Positions 8,589 through 17,733 of a stretch of DNA of 64,000 bases are shown piece by piece. The notes beneath the pieces are model-generated. The model worked only from the letters and a program-made list of their open reading frames with translations. It did no database searches and was not told where the DNA came from. Made by a program: the position numbers and the translations under genes. The DNA comes from Bacteroidales bacterium (GTDB lineage Bacteria; Bacteroidota; Bacteroidia; Bacteroidales; F082): the NCBI GenBank assembly GCA_015488735.1, contig WFNG01000055.1:6185-70184 (forward strand), written 5' to 3'. The first letter of the stretch is position 1. Each line of letters opens with the position of its first letter.

Positions 8589-9524
8589 ATGTATAAATAT
8601 CTTTTTGGCCCGGTGCCTTCGCGCAGGCTGGGCATGTCGCTCGGCGTTGATTTGGTGCCGCATAAAGTTTGTTCGCTCAATTGTGTTTATTGCGAGTGTG
8701 GACGAACCACAAATTTAACCGTTGAGCGAAAAGAATACATCCCGTATGACGAGGTAGTCAGCGAAATTGACCACTATCTTAAGCATAATCCCAATCCTGA
8801 TTATTTTACCTTTTCCGGTTCCGGCGAACCGACTTTGAACAGCCGCATTGGCGATGTGCTTCATTTTATCAAATCCAACAGCAAAGTGCCGGTTGCTGTT
8901 CTCACCAACGGAACATTGTTTTACGATAAGGCTGTCCGGGATGAGCTTCTCGAAGCCGATGTGGTTTTGCCTTCGCTGGATGCTGCTGAAGAGCTGGCTT
9001 TTCGCAAAATAAACCGCCCGTGGCATAAATTGAACATCTCTGAATACATCAGGGGGCTTGTTGATTTCAGAAATGAATATAATGGCCAAATCTGGCTGGA
9101 AGTGCTCATTATTCCCGGTATGAACGATAATCAGGAAAACCTGAATGCTTTGAAAGACGCTTTTTTGAAAATTCATCCGGATGAAATACAGCTGAACACA
9201 TTGGATCGTCCCGGTGCGATAGAAAATATCAGGGCTGCCACGCGTAAGGAGTTACAGGATATTGTGGACTTCTGGGACTTGCCGCAGGTGAAAATCATCG
9301 CGGCAGCACCGGATCGTAAAAAAATTGTTTCCTACCGTGATGATACGGAATCGGCCATATTGGAAACCATCAAACGCCGTCCCTGTACGCTGGAAGATCT
9401 CCATAAAATTCTGGGACTCCACATTAACGAAATCAATAAATATCTTGATGTGCTTGAAGACGAGAAAAAAATTCTTTCCGTAAGGGAAAAGAGGGGCGTG
9501 TTTTATAAGATTAATTCATTGTGA
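8589..9524 (+). CDS. Radical SAM protein (COG0731-like), paralogue 1
   Basis: FGPVPSRRLG.SLG, CSLNCVYC (CxxxCxxC), TFSGSGEPTL, LTNG. Confidence 0.92.
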   Translation: MYKYLFGPVPSRRLGMSLGVDLVPHKVCSLNCVYCECGRTTNLTVERKEYIPYDEVVSEIDHYLKHNPNPDYFTFSGSGEPTLNSRIGDVLHFIKSNSKVPVAVLTNGTLFYDKAVRDELLEADVVLPSLDAAEELAFRKINRPWHKLNISEYIRGLVDFRNEYNGQIWLEVLIIPGMNDNQENLNALKDAFLKIHPDEIQLNTLDRPGAIENIRAATRKELQDIVDFWDLPQVKIIAAAPDRKKIVSYRDDTESAILETIKRRPCTLEDLHKILGLHINEINKYLDVLEDEKKILSVREKRGVFYKINSL

Positions 9525-9637
9525 TTGCAGGCTTTTATTAACATGAGTTAATTAGAAAGCCAGTGAAAAGAAAAACAAAATAATTCGGGATAAATAATAA
9601 ATTTGCCTTTTAAAAGTTTTCTATAATACAAAATGAA

Positions 9638-12166
9638 TTGATGCAAAGACCCGGTTTTTACTTTTACGCTATATTTCTGTTGTTACTCATCGCCTCTCCA
9701 ACCATGCTGTTTTCGCAAACTGCTGTGGTAAAAGGGACTGTTATTAATGAAAAAGGGAAACCGGCCCAATTGGTCAATATACAACTTATCGGAACAAAGC
9801 TGGGCGTAACGACCGACCAAAAAGGTGATTTCAGCCTACGGGTTCCGGTGAATAAAGTGTTGCATTTGGCTGTTACTTATATTGGTTACCGACGGCAGGA
9901 TACAGTGTTGCGTTTAGTATCCGGAGAAACAAAAACGATAAACTTCAGGCTTCGGAGTCTTTCAACTAATCTGCCGGGTCTTGAAGTACATGATGAGCAG
10001 TTGCGAACCGAAAATATTATGCGTCTGAACCCACGCGACGCTATGGTGGCACCTGCTGTATCGGGTGGCGTGGAGAGCCTTATTAAAACCATGCCGGGCG
10101 TTTCCTCCAATAATGAATTGAGCTCACAGTATTCGGTGCGAGGTGGTAATTATGATGAGAATCTGGTATATGTAAATGGTATTGAAATTTACCGCCCGTT
10201 TCTTGTCAACAGTGGAAGGGAAGAAGGCTTGAGCTTTATTAATCCTGCATTGGTCTCTGGAATTCTGTTTTCGGCAGGAGGGTTTGGTGTGCAGTATGGC
10301 GATAAGATGTCGTCTGTATTGGATATTCGCTACCGAAAGCCGGTACAGTTTGGCGGTGGCGTTTCACTCAGTATGCTGGGCGCCGGACTGAATGTGGGTG
10401 GAACGGACAGAAATAAACGGTTTACCTATCTTGTGGGTGCACGTTACAAAACCAATCGTTATTTGTTGGGTAGCCTGGAAACAAAGGGAAACTATGAACC
10501 TGATTTTGCTGATTTTCAAGGTCTTTTCACATACAAACTGAATAAAAAATGGGATGTCTCTCTGTTGACTTATTCCTCCCTGAATAAATACAAAGTAGTT
10601 CCTGCCAACCGTCAGACTGATTTTGGAACGGTACAACAAACCTTGCGGTTTACCGTCTATTTTGATGGCCAGGAAGTGGATAAATACAATATGTTCCAGT
10701 CGGGACTTACGTTTCATTATCATCCGAACAGCAAGACACATTTGCGGTTTATTTTTTCCGGTTTCAAAACAAACGAATCAGAAACCTACGATGTTCAGGG
10801 ACAGTACTGGATAGGACAGGTAGACAATCGTAAGCAGAAAAAAGGCCAGGGTGAAGCTGTACAAACACTGGGTGTAGGGACTTATCTCCAACATGCGCGG
10901 AATTATTTCGATGCCAGCGTTTTCACTTTTGCTCATAAAGGATCGTTGGTATATCGTAACAGTTTATTGCGCTGGGGCATACGGTATCAGTTTCAGCAGG
11001 TGGACGATAAACTTCATGAATGGGAAATGAACGATTCGGCAGGCTATTCATTACCTAACCCTGTGGATAAGCCCGGGAATCCAAACCCATCGCGTGGGAA
11101 CCTGAATTTGTATTATTTTGCCCATGCACACAATGTACTGAATATTCACCGGGTTTCTGCCTATGGTTCTGACCGGTGGAATTTTCAACTGAAGAATAAA
11201 AGCCACCTTTCGCTTACTGCCGGTGTGCGACTTTACTGGTGGAGTTATGCCAACGAGTTTCTGGTAAGTCCCCGTGTAAGCCTTGCCTACAAACCTTTTT
11301 CCAATCCCAACCTGGTATTTCGTTTTTCATCAGGAGTTTATTACCAACCGCCGTTTTATCGCGAAATGCGTAACATGGATGGAAGCCTGAACCCAAATAT
11401 CAAATCACCGCGTGCCATCCATTTTATTCTTGGAGGCGACTATCGTTTTCAGGTATGGGACCGGCCGTTTATTTTTACCACCGAAGCATATTATAAAAAA
11501 TTGGATAATCTGATTCCGTATGAGGTGGATAATCTGCGGATTCGTTATTATGCTAATCTGACAGCCAAAGGATATGCAGCAGGCATCGATTTCAGATTAT
11601 TTGGCGAGTTTGTAAAAGGCATTGACAGCTGGATAACGTTGTCTTTTATGAAGACGGCACAAGACATATCAGGTGATTATTATTATGATTATTTTAATGG
11701 GGCAGGGGAGAAGTTGCCCTCACGTCAATCGGCTGCTGCTGTAGACAGTGTGAAAATAGAGCCGGGTTATATTCCGCGTCCCACTGACCGAAGGGTAAAT
11801 TTTACCATCTTTTTTCAGGATTACATCCCGCATCACAAGCAGTTTAAAGTACATTTGAGATTGTTGTACGGAACGGGATTGCCTTTTGGCCCTCCACAGT
11901 CACAACCATACCAGCAAACATTGCGCATGCCGCCTTACCGCCGTGTGGATATTGGCTTCTCGTGGAATCCGCTGGATAAAAAAGTGAGTAGGATTTCACG
12001 TAAAACCATTAAGTCTATGTGGATTAGCCTGGAAGTGTTTAATCTTTTCCAAACGTATAATACTGTTTCTTATACCTGGATAAAAGATATCTATAACCAC
12101 TCCTTTGCCATCCCAAATTATCTTACTACACGCCGGGTAAACCTGAAAATAGCTTTTAAATTCTAA
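9638..12166 (+). CDS. TonB-dependent receptor
   Basis: Signal peptide, N-terminal carboxypeptidase-like domain, plug SQYSVRGGNYDENLVYVNG, terminal AFKF. Confidence 0.9.
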   Translation: MMQRPGFYFYAIFLLLLIASPTMLFSQTAVVKGTVINEKGKPAQLVNIQLIGTKLGVTTDQKGDFSLRVPVNKVLHLAVTYIGYRRQDTVLRLVSGETKTINFRLRSLSTNLPGLEVHDEQLRTENIMRLNPRDAMVAPAVSGGVESLIKTMPGVSSNNELSSQYSVRGGNYDENLVYVNGIEIYRPFLVNSGREEGLSFINPALVSGILFSAGGFGVQYGDKMSSVLDIRYRKPVQFGGGVSLSMLGAGLNVGGTDRNKRFTYLVGARYKTNRYLLGSLETKGNYEPDFADFQGLFTYKLNKKWDVSLLTYSSLNKYKVVPANRQTDFGTVQQTLRFTVYFDGQEVDKYNMFQSGLTFHYHPNSKTHLRFIFSGFKTNESETYDVQGQYWIGQVDNRKQKKGQGEAVQTLGVGTYLQHARNYFDASVFTFAHKGSLVYRNSLLRWGIRYQFQQVDDKLHEWEMNDSAGYSLPNPVDKPGNPNPSRGNLNLYYFAHAHNVLNIHRVSAYGSDRWNFQLKNKSHLSLTAGVRLYWWSYANEFLVSPRVSLAYKPFSNPNLVFRFSSGVYYQPPFYREMRNMDGSLNPNIKSPRAIHFILGGDYRFQVWDRPFIFTTEAYYKKLDNLIPYEVDNLRIRYYANLTAKGYAAGIDFRLFGEFVKGIDSWITLSFMKTAQDISGDYYYDYFNGAGEKLPSRQSAAAVDSVKIEPGYIPRPTDRRVNFTIFFQDYIPHHKQFKVHLRLLYGTGLPFGPPQSQPYQQTLRMPPYRRVDIGFSWNPLDKKVSRISRKTIKSMWISLEVFNLFQTYNTVSYTWIKDIYNHSFAIPNYLTTRRVNLKIAFKF

Positions 12167-12198
12167 CAGTATTCTGTTAACACAAATGGAAAATACCC

Positions 12199-12924
12199 TT
12201 ACTTTTTATTGCCGGCAGTGGAGCTGGTTATCTTATCAATATACTTTACCAATTTAACAAAGTCAGCCTGTTTACGGATACGGAGGTTTTCATCTTTGAT
12301 GTATCGGCTGAGTTGACTTTTATACTTTGGGAAAAGATGAAGGATAGCTTTTGCCTTTGAAACAGGAATAGCAGCCGATGAATCAACTTTTAAATAAAGG
12401 CTCTTGATGACATCCGTATAGCGTTCGGGCTCAGCAGGTTTATAGGGTTGTGTGGGATGTGCCTGGAGCAAATAAACGGTGTACTTTATCAATGCCTTGG
12501 TATTTCCCTGAACAAGTACCTGAAAATAGCCTGAGGCAAGTTTATTTTTACTTTTATAATAAGGTGAATAAATGAGTGTGGTGTCTCCAATCTCATAAGA
12601 TTTTATTTTATTCTGTCCTTTTAAAGCATACACATTTCCATTAGTGGATTTGTATTCGATATTATCTGTAAATATATTATATCTTAATGGAACTGCGGGA
12701 AATTTCATGTTATATCGGCTGATGAGCTTTCCTTCCTTAAAATTTCTATTCAGATAAGGGTTACCGGCAATAGCAGCATTTCTGATTAGCGGTTTCCCGT
12801 TTTCCATTTGATGAGCACGCCAGACATTATCAACGGTTTTCAGTGTTGGATTGACAACCTGTGCTACAGAAGATAATCCCAGAAAGCCAAATACGATGAA
12901 TAAAAGATATGTTTTTATTTTCAT
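12199..12924 (-). CDS. Secreted hypothetical protein (Bacteroidota type)
   Basis: Signal peptide ending SSVAQ; GNPYL..F..G and LRYNIFTD motifs; no recognisable catalytic motif. Confidence 0.7.
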   Translation of the reverse strand: MKIKTYLLFIVFGFLGLSSVAQVVNPTLKTVDNVWRAHQMENGKPLIRNAAIAGNPYLNRNFKEGKLISRYNMKFPAVPLRYNIFTDNIEYKSTNGNVYALKGQNKIKSYEIGDTTLIYSPYYKSKNKLASGYFQVLVQGNTKALIKYTVYLLQAHPTQPYKPAEPERYTDVIKSLYLKVDSSAAIPVSKAKAILHLFPKYKSQLSRYIKDENLRIRKQADFVKLVKYIDKITSSTAGNKK

Positions 12925-13143
12925 TTTAGATTAACTTTAAAAAAGTATAATTTTTTTACGAAAGTACATATTTAATTAACGGAATTTAACCCCTTGAATT
13001 GTATTTGTTTTTTCAATTTGTGAGATTACCATTCTTTGCAGGGTAAGTAATTATTTATCAGTTTATTAATCATCTTACCCCCGTAATGATAAGATTTTTA
13101 GGAAAAATTATTAAATTTATTTAGATTGTATTAAAATAGTACT

Positions 13144-13151
13144 TACCTTTG
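13144..13151 (+). promoter_or_regulatory. -7 promoter box (TACCTTTG) with no downstream + strand ORF
   Basis: Exact TAnnTTTG match; both flanking genes are on the - strand. Confidence 0.45.
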
Positions 13152-13157
13152 TAAGGT

Positions 13158-13275
13158 GATTATAGTTTTAAATAAAGCTTAATTGCAGGTTAATTTTTTG
13201 GGTTATCCCTCTTTCTGAGGGTTTTAGGTTAATGTTGAAAAAACTTCGATCGCCTGATCGAAGTTTTTTCTTTTT
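13158..13275 (+). ncRNA. Candidate small RNA (~115 nt)
   Basis: Promoter box upstream, internal hairpin ccctc/gaggg, three GGTTA motifs, and a strong terminator with U-tract at the 3' end. The 5' end is approximate. Confidence 0.4.
13238..13275 (+). terminator. Intrinsic terminator
   Basis: aaaaaacttcgatc-gcct-gatcgaagtttttt followed by cttttt. Confidence 0.7.
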
Positions 13276-13295
13276 AAACAGAGGATTTAACAGAT

Positions 13296-13330
13296 AAAAA
13301 AAACAGCCGAGTTTTATACGCGGCTGTTTT
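13296..13330 (-). terminator. Intrinsic terminator of rocD
   Basis: aaaacagccg / cggctgtttt 10-bp stem with an A-run that gives the U-tract on the - strand, 22 nt past the stop. Confidence 0.7.
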
Positions 13331-13352
13331 AATAATTAGCTGAGAAACAAGT

Positions 13353-14576
13353 CTATTCAAAGGAAAGTATAGATTTCCGTATAATTTCCACTGCCTGCAT
13401 TAATTCTTCTTCCGTGATAACCAGTGGCGGTGCAAAACGGATGATGTGGTCGTGGGTGGGTTTTGCCAGCAAACCGTTATCTGCCATTTTCAGGCATACA
13501 TCCCAGGCCGTTTTTCCATTTTTGGGACGGATAATGATAGCATTTAACAAGCCTTTTCCACGAACTGTTTCAATCATACTTGATGAAATATTTTTCATCT
13601 CTTGTCTGAAGATCTTACCCAGTCTTTCTGCTTTTTCAGCCAGATTTTCCTCCTTGATGACTTCTAAAGCAGCCACGGCTACACGTGCGGCAATAGGATT
13701 TCCACCAAAAGTTGATCCGTGTTCTCCGGGTTTGATGGTCAACATGATATCGTCATCGGCCAGTACGGCAGAGATGGGATAAACGCCTCCGGAAAGTGCT
13801 TTGCCAAGTATCAACAAGTCCGGGCGTACACCTTCATGATCGCAAGCCAGTAATTTTCCGGTACGGGCAAGGCCTGTTTGCACTTCATCGGCAATAAACA
13901 ATACGTTTTTTGCTTTACATAAATCGAATGCTTTTTTCAGATAGCCTTCGTCGGGAACCATCACGCCTGCTTCGCCCTGAATAGGTTCCACAAGGAATCC
14001 GGCTACATTCTCATCTTGCAGGGCTGTTTCCAGTGCTTCAAGATCATTGTATGGAATCGTAATGAACCCTGGTGTGTAAGGCCCGAAATCTTTTTTTGCT
14101 TCCGGGTCGGTGGACATGGAAATGATGGTGATGGTACGTCCGTGGAAATTATTTGCGCAGACAATAATTTTGGCTTCGTTTTCCGGGATTCCTTTTTTTG
14201 TGTACGCCCATTTACGACAAAGTTTCAATGCAGTCTCGTCACCCTCGGCACCCGAATTCATAGGGAGTATTTTGTCGTAGCCAAAATATTCTGTTATGTA
14301 TTTTTCATAAACGCCCAGCGAATCGTTGTAAAAAGCCCTTGAAGTAAGGGTTAATATCTTTGCCTGATCTGTAAGTGCTTTAATAATTTTAGGATGGCAA
14401 TGTCCCTGATTTACAGCTGAATAGGCTGATAAAAAATCAAAATATTCTTTTCCTTCAGCATCCCAAACCTTTGGGCCTTTACCTTTGGCCAAAACTACCG
14501 GTAGCGGATGATAGTTGTGTGCTCCGTATTTATCCTCCAGTTCCATAGCCATTTTTGAAGTGAGTTTCTCTGACAT
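13353..14576 (-). CDS. rocD: Ornithine--oxo-acid aminotransferase
   Basis: [43 protein letters not shown] lysine in [17 protein letters not shown]. Confidence 0.95.
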   Translation of the reverse strand: MSEKLTSKMAMELEDKYGAHNYHPLPVVLAKGKGPKVWDAEGKEYFDFLSAYSAVNQGHCHPKIIKALTDQAKILTLTSRAFYNDSLGVYEKYITEYFGYDKILPMNSGAEGDETALKLCRKWAYTKKGIPENEAKIIVCANNFHGRTITIISMSTDPEAKKDFGPYTPGFITIPYNDLEALETALQDENVAGFLVEPIQGEAGVMVPDEGYLKKAFDLCKAKNVLFIADEVQTGLARTGKLLACDHEGVRPDLLILGKALSGGVYPISAVLADDDIMLTIKPGEHGSTFGGNPIAARVAVAALEVIKEENLAEKAERLGKIFRQEMKNISSSMIETVRGKGLLNAIIIRPKNGKTAWDVCLKMADNGLLAKPTHDHIIRFAPPLVITEEELMQAVEIIRKSILSFE

Positions 14577-14653
14577 GTCCTTGTCTTTTAAATTATAATT
14601 TGATTTATTGAATTGTAAAAATTTATTCTTTTGTATTTCCTAAAATAGCGTTG

Positions 14654-14661
14654 CAAAGGTA
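14654..14661 (-). promoter_or_regulatory. -7 promoter box for rocD
   Basis: CAAAGGTA on + equals TACCTTTG on -. Confidence 0.55.
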
Positions 14662-14809
14662 GCTTTATTTCGATGATTGTATATCAGTCAAACAAAAAAT
14701 AAGGGGATTACTTAGGATTTGTAACGAAGAAAAAGCGGAAAAGAACAAGCTGTAACGGGCTGGTTATTTCGTTAAAATTCCTTAGGGAGTTTCAGACGGT
14801 AAAACCTGG

Positions 14810-15883
14810 TTACAGAAGATGCCTGACGGGGAGAAGCAGCCATTCGAAAAACTTTTCAATGGGAGGCCGGTTTTTCCATTGTCTGTAAACAAATGGAATG
14901 GTTGATTTTCGTGTTTCTTCTACATGCTGTATAACCTGCTGCGCAATTTGGGCGTTGTTACCAAACAGCATAATTTCAAACATATAGCGGAAACTTCTGT
15001 AGTCGAAATTGGAGGAGCCAATGGCAAAAATAGTATTGTCGACAAGGAAAATTTTAGCATGAAGATTGTTAGGTTCATAAAAAAGAAAATTTATTCCTTT
15101 CCTGGCCAGTGGCCCCAGGTATTTGTTGCGGAGTATGTCAACCAGGTTCACATCTGATTTCTTGGGTAAGAAGATGTTAATTTTTACACCGCGTCGGGAA
15201 GCATCCACCAGGCTTTTACGCAACATAAAGCCCGGAAGGAAATAGGGTGTTTCTATATTGATAGACTCTTTGGCTTGTTTAATATGGTAAATGAACTTAT
15301 TATTGATTTTCTTTTTGGTGATGAGTGGTACATCTCTGATAATCTCAAAATTTTCATGTTTAACTAAACGGGTATAGTTGGATTTACTGAAAATGTAATT
15401 GTTATAAATTTTATAATCCTGAAGAAATAATTTTTTAAACGTTGGTGTGATATCGGCTTTCATGCGCAACACCGACTCACGCCAATTCAGGTTGTAACCT
15501 GTAATGTTTGATGAGCCTATGTAGCCTGTTTTATCATCGATAAGCAACAGCTTACGGTGATTTCTCCGGTGGCTTCTGGTAAAAAAATCGAAGTTGTATT
15601 TTATCTTTTTAAAAAAACGGACTTCTCCGCCAGCTGCAATAAACTTATCAAAAAAACCGTAGCGGATACTTCCTGCTCCCCAGTAATCGATAAGCAGTTT
15701 TACTTCTACACCTTTTTTTACTGCTTTGGTCAGCTTGTTGCGAAAACGTTCGCCCATAACATCATTCCCCAGCTTGAAAGTTTCAAGATAGATATAATCT
15801 TTGGCTGTATCAATATCATCCAACATTTGCCCATAACATTTCCATGGGTCTGAAAATAGCTGGTATTTAGCAGATTTGTCCAT
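14810..15883 (-). CDS. cls: Phospholipase D-family cardiolipin synthase (short, ClsB-like)
   Basis: Two HKD motifs, HRKLLLID and HAKIFLVD; GSSN motifs; no N-terminal TM hairpin. Confidence 0.8.
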   Translation of the reverse strand: MDKSAKYQLFSDPWKCYGQMLDDIDTAKDYIYLETFKLGNDVMGERFRNKLTKAVKKGVEVKLLIDYWGAGSIRYGFFDKFIAAGGEVRFFKKIKYNFDFFTRSHRRNHRKLLLIDDKTGYIGSSNITGYNLNWRESVLRMKADITPTFKKLFLQDYKIYNNYIFSKSNYTRLVKHENFEIIRDVPLITKKKINNKFIYHIKQAKESINIETPYFLPGFMLRKSLVDASRRGVKINIFLPKKSDVNLVDILRNKYLGPLARKGINFLFYEPNNLHAKIFLVDNTIFAIGSSNFDYRSFRYMFEIMLFGNNAQIAQQVIQHVEETRKSTIPFVYRQWKNRPPIEKFFEWLLLPVRHLL

Positions 15884-15981
15884 TCGTTGTTAATTCATTG
15901 GGATAAAAAATTATGGGATGAAGATAACTAAAATTTTTAAAAGAAAAGACAATAAAGTTTACCGGAAATTTAAGACATTGC

Positions 15982-17397
15982 TTAATCTTTCACTTTATAT
16001 TTTTTTGTTTCCTTTTTCGCTCTTGTGTATAAAATAAGGACAAGAATCAGAATAACAACAACAAGGGAAAGCCCAAGAGTAAGAATATAAAAACGCTTGA
16101 GTTTGATTTCTTTATGTTCGCTTTCTTCTTTTAAATTTTTGCTTTGTTGGAGAAGCGTATCGATTTTGTACTGAGTTTCCATCTCTGCCATTCTGATTTT
16201 TTTCAGATTCTCTGACAGGGTATCTTTGTTGTGTTCGTAAAGGTTGAAATATTTATTGAAATTTTCATAATCACCCAATGCCGCATAACATTTAAATGCT
16301 CCCATATAATTACTAAGGGTGAAACTTTTAAGGCCAACTTTGGTTGATATTGCCATGCTTTTTTGAAATTGTTTAATTGCTTTCCGAAACCAACCTGTTT
16401 CCTGTAATACTTTCCCCTCGTTCTGATAAACCATGCTCAGCCCGGTTTTATTGCCTGTTTGCTGATAAATGTTCTTGCTTTCATCAAAGTATTTTAAGGC
16501 CAGCGAAAGGTCTCCCATTTGTCCGTATAGTACACCAAGATTGCATTTTACCAAAGCAATACCTTCTTTATCAACGAGGTCTTCCTTTATTTCAAGTGAT
16601 TTATCGTAAAGAATTTCAGCTTTCTTGTATTCTTTGAAATGATCGCTGTATATATCTGCCATGTTATTCAGTACACGTGAAAGTTTCCGTTTGTTCCCTG
16701 TCACCGAGTAAATAGCCCTCGCTTTTTCAAGATAAATTAATGCTTTTTTAAACATTCCGGTTTGTGAATAAATAATTGACAGACTATTGTATGCCATAGC
16801 GATGCCGTTTTTGTCGTTAGTTTGAACAAAACTTTTCAAAGCCTGATAATAATAATTTAAGGCATCATGATAGTTTTTTCGGTAATAATTGATGTTCCCT
16901 AAATTGATCTGAGAGGTGGCCTCTCCCTCTATGTTATTCAACTCTTTTTCTATGTGGCATGAAGCTTTGTAGTAATGCGCGGCACTGTCAAAATTTGCCC
17001 GGCCTTCATAAACAAGACCAATGTTATTCAGACAGTTGGATTGTCCTTCTTTGTTTCCACTTTGCTGGTAATAGAGCAGGCCTTTTTTAAAATATTTAAA
17101 AGCATTTTGCATATCGCCCCAATAAAAATAACTGACCCCCATTGATTTGCTGGATAATCCCATGAGATTTTTATCATTATTTTTTTTGGCTAAGTCAAAT
17201 GCCTTTTGGAAATATTGTTTGCAACCATATACAGACTTACCCCGGTTTTCTTCTGAAAGTTTGATGAGAAGTGAAATTTTTGCTTTACCATGACTTGTAT
17301 CCAACAGTTGCTGCGGGTTGTTCGAATTTTGCAAATTTGTGGCCTGCAACCAGATAGGGAGCAAAAGAAGCAAACCGATAAAGCGAGTCTTTTTCAT
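15982..17397 (-). CDS. Extracytoplasmic TPR-repeat protein with C-terminal membrane anchor
   Basis: Signal peptide from ATG 17397, about 8 TPR-like repeats (LNNIGLVY, NLGNINY, NLGVLY), one TM helix, then a ~12-aa tail. The ORF track starts at 17448. Confidence 0.8.
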   Translation of the reverse strand: MKKTRFIGLLLLLPIWLQATNLQNSNNPQQLLDTSHGKAKISLLIKLSEENRGKSVYGCKQYFQKAFDLAKKNNDKNLMGLSSKSMGVSYFYWGDMQNAFKYFKKGLLYYQQSGNKEGQSNCLNNIGLVYEGRANFDSAAHYYKASCHIEKELNNIEGEATSQINLGNINYYRKNYHDALNYYYQALKSFVQTNDKNGIAMAYNSLSIIYSQTGMFKKALIYLEKARAIYSVTGNKRKLSRVLNNMADIYSDHFKEYKKAEILYDKSLEIKEDLVDKEGIALVKCNLGVLYGQMGDLSLALKYFDESKNIYQQTGNKTGLSMVYQNEGKVLQETGWFRKAIKQFQKSMAISTKVGLKSFTLSNYMGAFKCYAALGDYENFNKYFNLYEHNKDTLSENLKKIRMAEMETQYKIDTLLQQSKNLKEESEHKEIKLKRFYILTLGLSLVVVILILVLILYTRAKKETKKYKVKD

Positions 17398-17479
17398 CCT
17401 TTTGTGCAAATCTAATTCTTTTTTGGAAAATTGTTCTTTTTCAACCAACTATTTTTGGCTAAAAATTGATAATTTCCTC

Positions 17480-17500
17480 ATCCGCGTTTTAAACGCGGAT
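17480..17500. promoter_or_regulatory. 21-bp perfect odd palindrome (possible operator)
   Basis: atccgcgttt-t-aaacgcggat. Confidence 0.4.
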
Positions 17501-17555
17501 ATCTTTATCCAAATCAATTAATTGGTCTACAGGTAAATACAACCTTGTTACAAAT

Positions 17556-17674
17556 GAGGCCGGGTTTGAAGCCGGGAGATGGTGAGGCCACGAATACACG
17601 AAAGGAATAAATTTGTGTATTCGTGGCCATCTTTGCCCAAAAATGGTGTAAGTTCCCGTTTGTGTCCCGGCCTC
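17556..17674. repeat. Nested inverted-repeat element (REP/MITE-like)
   Basis: Inner arms ggccacgaatacac 17586-99 / gtgtattcgtggcc 17615-28; outer arms gaggccggg 17556-64 / cccggcctc 17666-74. Confidence 0.55.
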
Positions 17675-17708
17675 CGCTTGTGCCGTGGGAATGTATATCA
17701 TATTCGCT

Positions 17709-17716
17709 TATCTTTG
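17709..17716 (+). promoter_or_regulatory. -7 promoter box for the yicC-gmk operon
   Basis: TATCTTTG 17 nt before ATG 17734. Confidence 0.6.
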
Positions 17717-17733
17717 CAATTAAAATTATTGTT

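Noticed and set aside
4988-9524. Six-Cys peptide plus radical SAM read as a ranthipeptide/SCIFF RiPP cluster
   Set aside because: The enzyme has no SPASM/Twitch Cys motifs, the peptide Cys pattern fits zinc ribbons, and no transporter or protease is present.
13252-13266. 15-nt exact match (gcctgatcgaagttt) between the candidate sRNA terminator and the end of the tmRNA tag region (39098-39112, reverse strand)
   Set aside because: Several 15-mer matches are expected by chance among all position pairs in 64 kb, and this one lies in a paired terminator stem.
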